A stretch of 64,000 nucleotides of DNA from Methanobacteriota archaeon (GTDB lineage Archaea; Thermoplasmatota; Poseidoniia; Poseidoniales; Thalassarchaeaceae): NCBI GenBank assembly GCA_002722735.1, contig PBMR01000019.1, forward strand, positions 4,746 through 68,745, written 5' to 3'. The position numbers were made by a program, and so were the translations under genes. The notes under the pieces were generated by a model that was not told where the DNA came from, searched no databases, and saw nothing but the letters and a program-made list of their open reading frames with translations. Positions within the stretch are counted from its first letter, which is position 1; each line of letters begins with the position of its first letter. Positions 27,565-36,800 of this stretch are shown here, one piece after another.

Positions 27565-28146
27565 ATGGTCGACTGGTCCGAACAAGAGTACCACTCCGTG
27601 GTCCACCTACCCGAGAAGTACACCATTCTCGACTTGAGCGGAGGCACCTGGACCCCGCCGAAGACCGAATACAGTGTTGGCAAGTACGACGAAGTAAGGC
27701 CCAACCTGTACAATACCGACCTATTCGGTGGGACTCGCAACATCCACATGGGAATCGACATAGGCGGCCCGGTGGGAACTCCGTGCATGGCATTCGCCGA
27801 TGGTGAGGTGTCGCACTTCGGCTACAACCCTGAACAGGGCGATTACGGCAATGTCGTAATCACCAAGCACGACATAGGGGGAACTGCGGTGTGGGCACTC
27901 TACGGCCACATGGACGCTGCCTCCATAGAAGGCAAGTCGGTGGGGCAGAAGGTCTCCGCAGGCGAGGTGATAGCATGGTTCGGGGCCCATCACGAGAACG
28001 GCGGCTGGGAGCCGCACCTGCACTTCCAGCTCTCCTTGGTAGAGCCCGAGACTCACGATCTGCCCGGCGTAGTGGCTCCAGAGGAGCGAGCCCAAGCACT
28101 GTTAGACTACCCTGATCCGAGGCTGGTGCTCGGCCCGTTCTACTGA
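27565..28146 (+). CDS. M23 family zinc metallopeptidase without signal peptide
   Basis: HMGID (HxxxD), YGN, LYGHM, PHLHFQ (HxH). Confidence 0.85.
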   Translation: MVDWSEQEYHSVVHLPEKYTILDLSGGTWTPPKTEYSVGKYDEVRPNLYNTDLFGGTRNIHMGIDIGGPVGTPCMAFADGEVSHFGYNPEQGDYGNVVITKHDIGGTAVWALYGHMDAASIEGKSVGQKVSAGEVIAWFGAHHENGGWEPHLHFQLSLVEPETHDLPGVVAPEERAQALLDYPDPRLVLGPFY

Positions 28147-29183
28147 ATCGTGGCCAGATGGGCCTTCAGAGAGACGATAGCAGGCATCTCCGAGGGATCC
28201 TCGCCAGTGAGAACGGCGAGCCCGATGGAAATCCAATCAGTGACGTGGGCAGCGTAGAGGAGCCTCTCGAGCAGGCTCTCCCCCTCGCACTCGATCCCCC
28301 AGGTCGGTGCGGCCTCGACCTCGGAGAGCATCCAGTCCACTCTGGCCTGCGCTCGCGGGTGCAGGTCATCGCACGACAACATCAGCAGCGCCTGGTTCGA
28401 GGCCGCATCCCCAGTCCATGCGACGACCTCGTTGTGGTTCATCTCGGGGATATCCGCGGAGCGGGCGAACTTGGCTGAGTTCTCGTTGAGCTGGCAGGCG
28501 AATCGGTAGGCTGCGGGGCTCAGGCAGGTCGGGGCGGCGATGCCTATCTCTCGGTCGACCAGCGAGCGGGCCAGAGTGGCGGACATGCCCTCGCCATCGG
28601 CTATGTCGGCATTGGATGATGCCGTGGTCAGACGCTCGAGCATTGCTGATCGCTCGTTCTCGCTGGGCTCGGGCAATAGGCCTAGGGCCCAGCACGCAGC
28701 CAGCTGGGTGCCGAAGATGTGCCCGAAGGCAGAGCGGGGCATCTGCCCGGGAGGCACGTTGAGGCATAACGAGCCCTCGCTTTCTGCCAGCAGCCCCTCG
28801 AGCTTTCCGCCCGAGCAGATTCCGACCACGGTGCCTCCCGAGGCCAGTACCTCGCTCACGCCGTCGAGGGTCTCCTCGGTGTTTCCGGAGTACGAGGTGG
28901 CGAATACCAGCCAGTCAGGCCCCCACCAACTGGGAATCCCGTAGTCCCTCCAGACTACGAACGGGAGTCCGCCTGAGTCGTCCGACAGCGCCTTCAGGAA
29001 GAGTCCCCCGGCGCCCGAGCCACCCATACCCAGACAGAGGACTCCGCTCCAGTCCGCATCCTGCTCGACATCCACCTCAGCACCCATGGCCGCTCGTAGG
29101 TCGTCTACGAACCTCCGGGTGTAGCCAGCCATGTCCTGGCCGTCCAACTCGTCTAGGAGAGTCGCAAAGTCCGGCTCGCTCAT
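28140..29183 (-). CDS. Bifunctional phosphoglucose/phosphomannose isomerase (SIS domain)
   Basis: GMGGSG, SYSGNTEET, SGGKL, PRSA, QLNENS, PEMNHNE. Confidence 0.9.
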   Translation of the reverse strand: MSEPDFATLLDELDGQDMAGYTRRFVDDLRAAMGAEVDVEQDADWSGVLCLGMGGSGAGGLFLKALSDDSGGLPFVVWRDYGIPSWWGPDWLVFATSYSGNTEETLDGVSEVLASGGTVVGICSGGKLEGLLAESEGSLCLNVPPGQMPRSAFGHIFGTQLAACWALGLLPEPSENERSAMLERLTTASSNADIADGEGMSATLARSLVDREIGIAAPTCLSPAAYRFACQLNENSAKFARSADIPEMNHNEVVAWTGDAASNQALLMLSCDDLHPRAQARVDWMLSEVEAAPTWGIECEGESLLERLLYAAHVTDWISIGLAVLTGEDPSEMPAIVSLKAHLATIQ

Positions 29184-30238
29184 TCCTCGGCCTCCTTTGC
29201 CAACACTGGCAGGGCCACCCATTCCCCGTCTATGAAACCGATGCGCAGTTCACTGGCCTTTCCGTCGTCATCGTAGGGCAGGGCGACCGTGGACATTCGG
29301 AAGTCGCTCGGGTTCATCACCTCGGCGGCAGAGCTGTCGCGGTTCATGACCTGGACTAGGTGCTGTTCCTCCCTTGAGCATGCAACGCTGCACGACTCCA
29401 TGTCCCTCCATGTTGCCCCGGATCTCTCAAATCTGTCCAATCTGCGTAGGATGGGGCCTTCCTTCTGCCAACTGTCAATGACCCAGAGCCCCTTGTTATG
29501 GCGAACGACGTCGCCCAGAGCATAGGCCGGCTTGCGGTAACTCAGAGTCAGCCTCGAGACGTCAATCCCGTCATTTGACCCGACTACGGTCGAACTCTGC
29601 TTGACAGAGCCACCGAACGCCCTCACGAGGCTCCTGCCCCAGCTCCTCGCTAGGGACTTCGAGCCCAGTTGGAGGTCCCAGCCGCCGGGCACGGGACCCT
29701 CTTTGGTGACGAAGAACATCGGGTTCGCCTCCATGGAGTCAATGAGATCGTCTAGCGTGGCCCTGAGGTCAGCCAGCTCCTGCGCCTCAAGCTTCCTGCC
29801 CGCTGAGCGCAACTGCACGGTAGCCTCGAAGTATGATCCTGCCTTGCGGGCGCAAGCGGTGCAAACCGCATTGCTGGTCTGCAGTAGCGGAGAGTGTGAG
29901 TCGTGGAACTGATGTCCCTCGATCTCCCCCTCGACCTCTACGTGCAGTCGACTCGTCCTGTCGTCGATGGCCTCCACTGAGAAGCCCACATCCATCTTGC
30001 CGGCACGATCCTCCAGTACTAGGTTCTCGCGAATCCGAAGGTCAGCGAGGTCGTTGTCGCCCATCTGGGACCAGCGTCCATTCACCTCGTAGGCCTCGCA
30101 CTTAGCGCAGCGGTTCTGCTGGATCCTGTCTGGCATCTTCGACAGGGTTGTGCGCTTCCTCAGGCAGCCCTCGCAGAGCCTATCCGAGGACAGAGGGGGC
30201 TCTGCCCCGCAGGTGATGCAAAACGCGCCTCCGGCCAT
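29180..30238 (-). CDS. nmd3: NMD3 family ribosome biogenesis protein
   Basis: FCITCG...LCEGC, CAKC, CTAC, YFEATVQLR, GWDLQLGS. Confidence 0.88.
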   Translation of the reverse strand: MAGGAFCITCGAEPPLSSDRLCEGCLRKRTTLSKMPDRIQQNRCAKCEAYEVNGRWSQMGDNDLADLRIRENLVLEDRAGKMDVGFSVEAIDDRTSRLHVEVEGEIEGHQFHDSHSPLLQTSNAVCTACARKAGSYFEATVQLRSAGRKLEAQELADLRATLDDLIDSMEANPMFFVTKEGPVPGGWDLQLGSKSLARSWGRSLVRAFGGSVKQSSTVVGSNDGIDVSRLTLSYRKPAYALGDVVRHNKGLWVIDSWQKEGPILRRLDRFERSGATWRDMESCSVACSREEQHLVQVMNRDSSAAEVMNPSDFRMSTVALPYDDDGKASELRIGFIDGEWVALPVLAKEAEE

Positions 30239-30296
30239 TGGGGTCCCCGATGCTCCGCTCGGACATCCCGTTAGAAGGCTTGCGAGGGGGTCAGCG

Positions 30297-30437
30297 TCAA
30301 TCAGAATCTGCCTCGGGACCGCGTGAGGAGGATTCTCCGAGTTTGGAAGTCAAGCCGTTCAGTAGCACGATTTGACGAACGACATAGGTAGCGAGGAGGG
30401 AGGAGAGGAGGGTGTATGCCACGACTGCTTCGACCAT
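30297..30437 (-). CDS. Small single-TM protein, CcmD-like (46 aa, not in ORF track)
   Basis: MVEAVVAYTLLSSLLATYVVRQIVLLNGLTSKLGESSSRGPEADSD*; starts 5 nt after the ccmC stop; N-terminal TM with AY, polar tail. Confidence 0.65.
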   Translation of the reverse strand: MVEAVVAYTLLSSLLATYVVRQIVLLNGLTSKLGESSSRGPEADSD

Positions 30438-30442
30438 TCCCG

Positions 30443-31156
30443 TCATGCTATTGCCCCCTCGTCAAGCATCCTCTGTCGGCCTTCCAGCTCCTCCTCTAGG
30501 GCCTGAATTGTGCCTGATAGTGTGACCAAGCCTACGAACAGCACTAGGAAGGAAACGAATCCGAGCATCAGAACCATGCGAATCTGTGGATCGAGGCCCG
30601 TATCCTCGCTCTCAACCAGAACGATCCCGGGATGGCGGTTCTGGTACCAAGTAGTCGCTAATGCCGTGATTGGCACTAGGGCGAATCCGAACAGTCCCAC
30701 GGCGGCCAGTGTGTCCCGGGTGTCATCACCATCTGGCTGAGTACGCCTGGAGAGCACGAGGAAGAGGGCGACGGCGGTAAGCAAGCCGTAGGTATTGAGG
30801 CGGAGGTCTCCCCAGTCCCATGGAACTCCCCACTCAGCCGAACCCCAAATCGGACCCGATATTACCACCCCAAGCCCGAACAGCAGCCCCAATTCAGAAC
30901 CGGTGACCACAAGGCGCCAGCCCCATTCCGTTCGCTTGCGGTACCAAGAGACAGCACCGATGAAGAGTAAGCAGAAGGCGAGGAAGGACGCCCATGCGAA
31001 CGGGACGTGCCAGAATAGGATCCGATAAGCCTCAGGGGCATTCCACGCCTCTGGATCGACTAGTGGGGCCCAGCTGAAACCAAGATAGGCCGTTGCTATC
31101 ACCCCGACAAGACCGCAAGAGGTGAGCGTGAGCCCAAGAGTCCTCGTGTCAGGCAT
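30443..31156 (-). CDS. ccmC: Heme exporter / cytochrome c biogenesis protein CcmC
   Basis: RILFWHVP (His1), GPIWGSAEWGVPWDWGDLRL (WWD domain), RHP (His2), about 6 TM; true start 31156. Confidence 0.9.
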   Translation of the reverse strand: MPDTRTLGLTLTSCGLVGVIATAYLGFSWAPLVDPEAWNAPEAYRILFWHVPFAWASFLAFCLLFIGAVSWYRKRTEWGWRLVVTGSELGLLFGLGVVISGPIWGSAEWGVPWDWGDLRLNTYGLLTAVALFLVLSRRTQPDGDDTRDTLAAVGLFGFALVPITALATTWYQNRHPGIVLVESEDTGLDPQIRMVLMLGFVSFLVLFVGLVTLSGTIQALEEELEGRQRMLDEGAIA

Positions 31157-31194
31157 GAGGGGGCGATTCGGGGGCGGGTCAAGAATCCTCGTCC

Positions 31195-32607
31195 TCAGGC
31201 GTCTGGGATGAAAATGGCAACGAGCCAAATGAGAGCGGAGGTGATGCTCGCAATGAGGCAGGTCGTTATCGGATCCCCCATCCCCAGACCGAAGGTCATG
31301 CCCTCGTTCATTATCGTGGCGAGGGCGTCGGTAAGCTCGAGGAACGGCCATACCAGGGCGACGAGCAGCAGAGAGGCCGTGGCGGCGCTTGCCCGACGAA
31401 GGTCTGCGACAAGCAGATGCAGGGCTGCGGCGGCAACGGCCAGATCGAGCATCGAGAGTGCGGGCAGCCAAAGCCACCTCAGAACCTCGGATGAAGCGTC
31501 GGAATCGAACGAGCCGGCCAGAACGAACCAAGATAGGTAAGTCAGTGGTATCGGCAGCACTAGGGATGCGGCGGCAATAGAGTTCGCCGGACGGGCCATC
31601 GGCCCGACGACGGCATTCCACCAACGCCCGCAGTCTGCCTCTGCCAGCCTTCTGACCAGTGCGGGGGAGGTCACTGCCGTGATGAAGGCCGGTGCGAGGA
31701 CCAGTGCGGCCAGCAGCCCGCTGCCGTGCAGGCCCATGTCCAGATTTCCGATCAAGGCATAGGCTAGCAGCATGGCCACGACCGCCGGCGTGGCGCGACC
31801 GACGGTGTCGATGGGGTTCCTCATCTCCATCCTGAATGCCCATCTGATGAGGGATCCAATCTGACTGGGTTCCACAGGGGGGCAGGCATTTGGCAACACG
31901 ACTGGCTCGCCAGTGGATTCACCTGTCGTTTCATCGAGGACGCCGCCCCGTATCGAGATGAGTCGATCGGCGCAAGCAATGACGTCCTTGTCGTGAGTTG
32001 CGACCAAAACTCCGTGGCCATTAGAGGCAAGGCCCCTGAGCCACCCCCTCAGTAGGGCCTTCGCACCATCATCAAGGCCCTCCGAAGGCTCGTCGAGCAG
32101 TACGGCGCGAGAGTCCACGCTAAGTGCTGCGGGAGCGAGCCCACATAGCAATGAGAGCCTCCTTCTGAGTCCGCCAGACAGCTGTGAGACCCTGTCATCG
32201 GATCGGTGTTCGAGCCCCCATGCATCCAGTAGGGAGGAGATGTCTCCCCCACAGGGGTCACGCCCTGCAACCGAGAGGGCGGTAGCGAGTCGCTCCTTGA
32301 CCGTCTCCTCGCCGCACATGCCGTCCTTCTGGAGCGTGAGGCCCATCGAGGGAGGGGGAGTGCGCCGTCCATCGGAATCCCGAACGACCCTCTCCGCCCC
32401 GGACTCGGTTCGCCACGTCACCCTGCCAGAGCGCAGGGGAAGTATTCCTGCGCAGGCCTCGATCAAGGTGGTCTTGCCCGATCCATTCTCACCCAGTACA
32501 GCCACAACCTCACCCTCTCCGAGTTCCATTGAGGCCCCTTGGAGAACCCTCCTCGAGCCTCTGTTAACCTCGATTGCAGTGGCTGCCACGAGCGCGTCTT
32601 GTCCCAT
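31195..32607 (-). CDS. ABC ATPase fused to a multi-TM permease; putative CcmA-CcmB fusion
   Basis: GENGSGKT, LSGGLRRR, VLLDEP, ATHD, followed by about 6 hydrophobic helices; immediately upstream of ccmC. Confidence 0.75.
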   Translation of the reverse strand: MGQDALVAATAIEVNRGSRRVLQGASMELGEGEVVAVLGENGSGKTTLIEACAGILPLRSGRVTWRTESGAERVVRDSDGRRTPPPSMGLTLQKDGMCGEETVKERLATALSVAGRDPCGGDISSLLDAWGLEHRSDDRVSQLSGGLRRRLSLLCGLAPAALSVDSRAVLLDEPSEGLDDGAKALLRGWLRGLASNGHGVLVATHDKDVIACADRLISIRGGVLDETTGESTGEPVVLPNACPPVEPSQIGSLIRWAFRMEMRNPIDTVGRATPAVVAMLLAYALIGNLDMGLHGSGLLAALVLAPAFITAVTSPALVRRLAEADCGRWWNAVVGPMARPANSIAAASLVLPIPLTYLSWFVLAGSFDSDASSEVLRWLWLPALSMLDLAVAAAALHLLVADLRRASAATASLLLVALVWPFLELTDALATIMNEGMTFGLGMGDPITTCLIASITSALIWLVAIFIPDA

Positions 32608-32685
32608 GTACCGGCGAGAGCGCGTCTTCGTTTGAGTAGTTCCGTCTTTGCGAAGCCCTCTTGATGACCAGTCATCAGGGGTTGG

Positions 32686-33759
32686 GTGATGGCGTCGGTG
32701 GGCTTTGACAACGACGTGACTTGGAGCTATCTCGAGCCAACGGACTATGTGTGGATAGCCATACTACTAGCAATCGCGGTGGGCCCGTTCATCACAGCCT
32801 TTCGAAACGAGACGAGCATTGCTCTAGCCATGGTGCTCTCCCTGCTGCTAGTGATGTTCGTCCAGTTCGCGCTCTCTACATTCGACTCCGAGTTATTCGG
32901 TTTCGATCCCATTCACCTGTTCAGCGTTATTCCAGTGATAATTTCTGATTCATCTGCTGCGGGGGATCCTTCCCATTTCCATCGAATCTTCACCGCAGCT
33001 TGGCTGCATGCTGACTGGATTCACGTTCTGGGGAACGTCTTGGTAATCGCCCTGGCTGGAGTGCCACTAGAGCAGCGTTTGGGGGCGAGGAGATGGGTCG
33101 CGGTGTATGTGCTGGGCCTCGTTGGGGGAAACCTAGCGTGGATTGCATCGCACCCAGACTCAGGGGTTCCGGCCATTGGGGCAAGCGGTGCTGCATTTGG
33201 CATTCTGGGAGCGTACATGGCCTGCTGGCCGGAGGACAAGATCGAGTTTCCCCTATTGTTCATGATTCGGGCTTGGCCGGTCTGGCTGATCGCCTTCGTC
33301 CGCCTTGGGTTGGAGGTCTTCCAGATGTACTCCATCCAGTCTGGAACCGCGGGAGAGGGCAACATCGCCCACATGGCCCACGTTGGCGGCTTCTTCCTCG
33401 CATATGCCTTGGCGAGACCGATTGCAAAAGGGGCTCCGAGTGCATTGGACGAATCCGGCCAACCGGCTACTGGGGCTTCACGGGCAGAGGCTATCAGGAG
33501 TCGAGCAACTGCTAGGATGAGGGGGTTGGTAGGTGATCCGTGGGCCGAGGCAGGCGAGCCCCTCCAAGGCCATGCTGCTAGAATCCTCTCTAGGCTTCGA
33601 GAGGAGGGTGACGAGTTGGAGACTAGGAGGGCATGGCTCGAGGAGCTTGCCGAGCACACCATCTGCCCGATCTGCAAAGGAGAGGTGTTGCCAATCGTGG
33701 ACAGGGGGGTATGCGAACTCAGGTGCGGAGTTTCTGCTCGACACATGAGGTGGCCATAA
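32686..33759 (+). CDS. Rhomboid intramembrane serine protease with C-terminal zinc-ribbon extension
   Basis: TAAWLHADWIHVLGN, IGASGA (catalytic Ser), AHMAHVGG (His); CPIC...CELRC tail. Confidence 0.92.
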   Translation: MMASVGFDNDVTWSYLEPTDYVWIAILLAIAVGPFITAFRNETSIALAMVLSLLLVMFVQFALSTFDSELFGFDPIHLFSVIPVIISDSSAAGDPSHFHRIFTAAWLHADWIHVLGNVLVIALAGVPLEQRLGARRWVAVYVLGLVGGNLAWIASHPDSGVPAIGASGAAFGILGAYMACWPEDKIEFPLLFMIRAWPVWLIAFVRLGLEVFQMYSIQSGTAGEGNIAHMAHVGGFFLAYALARPIAKGAPSALDESGQPATGASRAEAIRSRATARMRGLVGDPWAEAGEPLQGHAARILSRLREEGDELETRRAWLEELAEHTICPICKGEVLPIVDRGVCELRCGVSARHMRWP

Positions 33760-33827
33760 CGGTACAAGCCAAGTACTACCAGAGGTTGGAATTATACCAA
33801 GAATGATTTTGGCTCTCTTAGAGAGCC

Positions 33828-36800
33828 ATGCGTGATAGTGCATCTCCGTTCTTGCCATTAATGGTCGCATGCATGGTCATCGTCCTCGACCTCTCGGCGG
33901 GGGCGGTCGCGAGCATCCACCCAGTGGGAGAGTTGGATGGCATGCCCTCGGAGCTCCGCTCCAGCAATCCCCCTGCCCTGATGTGCGGCCTCGACCCATG
34001 CCCCCCCAAGGACAGGTCCCCGACCCACTCCCCACTAGATGCGGGGGCCCAAGTCCAAGAGTTCGGGTGGTGGCTGGAATTCTGGTCGGACGCGGATTAC
34101 AATGGGATGGACGACAGGCTCCAATTAGTTCTCTCTGGGCAGAGGGAGTCGGTATCCAAGACTGCCATTACGGGTGATGATGGTCGCCTTACCGTCGCGA
34201 TCATCGTCCATTACGCATGGCATCCCGGGCCCTCTGACATCGCTGCACTCATTGATGCAATTTCGGCACATGGCTGGGAGGACGATGGGTCTTGGTTCAT
34301 GCCCATGGACCACCTTGATGCCATCGTCCTAGACCACGTTCCCATCAGCGCCCTGATTGGCGTTTGGGAGCTCGATGGTGTCATGCTCGTGGAGGAGCAG
34401 AACGTCATCGTGCCATATCTGGCCGAGTCGGCTAGGGGGTCCAAGGTGAGGAATTCCGGATTGTATGATGGCGATACCCTCAGGGCAATAGGGTACTCAG
34501 GTTCAGGAATCGTCATTGCAATCGTCGACACCGGAGTTGACAACGAGCACTATTCCCTAGATGACTTCTCAGATGATAATCGCGACAACGAGAAGGATCC
34601 CGACGATCTTTCCGACCCGAAATGGGTCGCGGGGTGTGATGCAACGGGGATCGGCGAGTCTGGTTGCAGTGAGGAGGACCCAGATGACGGCGATGGGCAT
34701 GGCACTCATGTCGCTGGCATCGCCTTGGGAACTGGCGATTGGAATCGCCACCACCAGGGCTACGCACCGGGCTCATACCTCGTGGACGTCAAGGTCATGC
34801 AGGACTACGGAGGCGGAAACTCGCAGTCCATACTGGCCGGACTACAGTGGATCATCAACAATCACGAGACGGACTGGGGCAATAACGAGTCAAGCAATGG
34901 CATAGACATTGTCTCCATGTCCTTTGGCCAACAGAGCACCCCCGGTGGTGACAACTCGGACGACGGTACCTCTGCCGAGGCCCAACTCGTCAACCAGGCC
35001 TCGGATGAGGGGCTTGTCTGCGTGGCTGCAATCGGAAACGATGGGGAAAACAGCGTCAATTCCGTTGGTGCGGCAGACACGGCCATCACAGTAGGTTGGT
35101 TGGATGACGAGAATACCATCAAAAGAAGTGATGATTCGATTTCAAGCAATTCCAACTACGGCCCCAGAGAAGATGACGGGGATGGCGACTCATATGACGA
35201 ATTGAAGCCATGGGTAGTCGCACCTGGCGAGGATGTCTACTCGGCGAAGCACGGTGAGTCGAGCAGCATCCTCCCTGGATCCGAGATTAACAGGGCATCG
35301 GGCGAATACACATCAAAGTCAGGCTCCAGCATGTCAACCCCGGCGGTCGCGGGCATGGTTGCAATAATGCTTGAGATCGGCGAGGTTCGTGGATTCGATT
35401 TCATGCGAGAGGGCAAGGGGATATGGAGGAGCGAGGCCATCATGGACTATCTAATGATGCATTCTGAATCCAGAGGAGAAGAGACTCGAGAGCACCGCGG
35501 GGAGAGTTGGAACAACCGTTATGGATTCGGGATCATCGATGGCGGGATGGTTGCGAATGGGATGCTTGGGGTGGGGCAAAACGATAGCGGTGGGCCCGTT
35601 CCCCCGCTAAGCGGATACTGGGTAGATATTGAGAGTCCGCCGAAATTCTCCTGGGTGATTCAAGAAGAAACCTACAATCTCCGTGGGCATATCAACGAGC
35701 ATGGAGAGGCAAACGGCTCCATAGATGAGGTGCTGGTCAAGATTGAGTACAAGTTCAAACCCAGTCCGAACGATCCTGTTTCAACGGCCACCCTTGTGGA
35801 ATGGCACAATCCGATTGCCCCGGTGGGAGAGGGGGCATTTGGCATCTCCAACTGGACGACTTCATTCACTGTTCCATCATTATCGGAAGATTTCAGCAAT
35901 TTAGAGCTCATCGCCAGAGTCTCCGCTAGAAACGACATTGGCCAGTGGAGCAACATGACGGAGTTCGCATACCCCATAGGGACAGTCAACATCACTCTGA
36001 ACTCCCCCAGCGGACAATCCCCCATTAGTGGCGAAGTAGAGGTTTCTGGGATGTTCCAATCGGTAGGAAACGCCACGATACAATGGAGATTGGACACTGA
36101 TGATTGGATCGATGCGGCAACCTACGATGATGGCTATCATGGCCGCTTTGGGGATTGGCATGACATTAATCACGCCTCTAGCTCAGAGAACTCAGAAGGC
36201 CATAATGATCCAAATTGGCGAGGTCACAAATATTGCGTCCACCAATTCAAGGAATGGCATGGTTCCTCTTCGGGGGGCGAGTGTGATGATGAGGACGATG
36301 GGTGGGAGGGGTGGAGTTTCGACTGGGACAGCACCCAAGTCAAGGATGGCGAATACAGGATTTCTGTGAGGATGCTGAGCGCTACCGGGGTCTACGCGGA
36401 GGAGATTCGAAGGTTCATCACTGTTGACAACATACCCCCAACGCCAGACCTCGTTTTCGTGAGCAAGTCAATCTCGGTCCAGGAGTTCGGCATTCCCATG
36501 TCCGAGGCATATGTGAACACCTTCCTCGAAGTGAGGGGTACGGTGAGGAACACCGGGGACAAGGCGGCCAACGATGTCGGCATAATTCTGGAGGAAGACG
36601 GATCTAGGAAGGACGAGTACGTGATTCCTAACATAGACAGTGGTGAATCCCTAGACGTGGTTCTGTACTGGAATCCATCTTCACCCCATGATGCCTCGAT
36701 CGCCATCATCATCGACCCGTTGAACACCATCGAAGAGCTCGATGACTCGAACAACAGGCTCACTGGGCCTTTTCCCGTCCTTCCCCGTCCCACCGGAGTC

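Noticed and set aside
31157..31843. Long N-terminal extension of CcmC in the 466-aa track ORF
   Set aside because: It is an Arg-rich alternative frame overlapping the ABC fusion gene; CcmC homology starts at ATG 31156.
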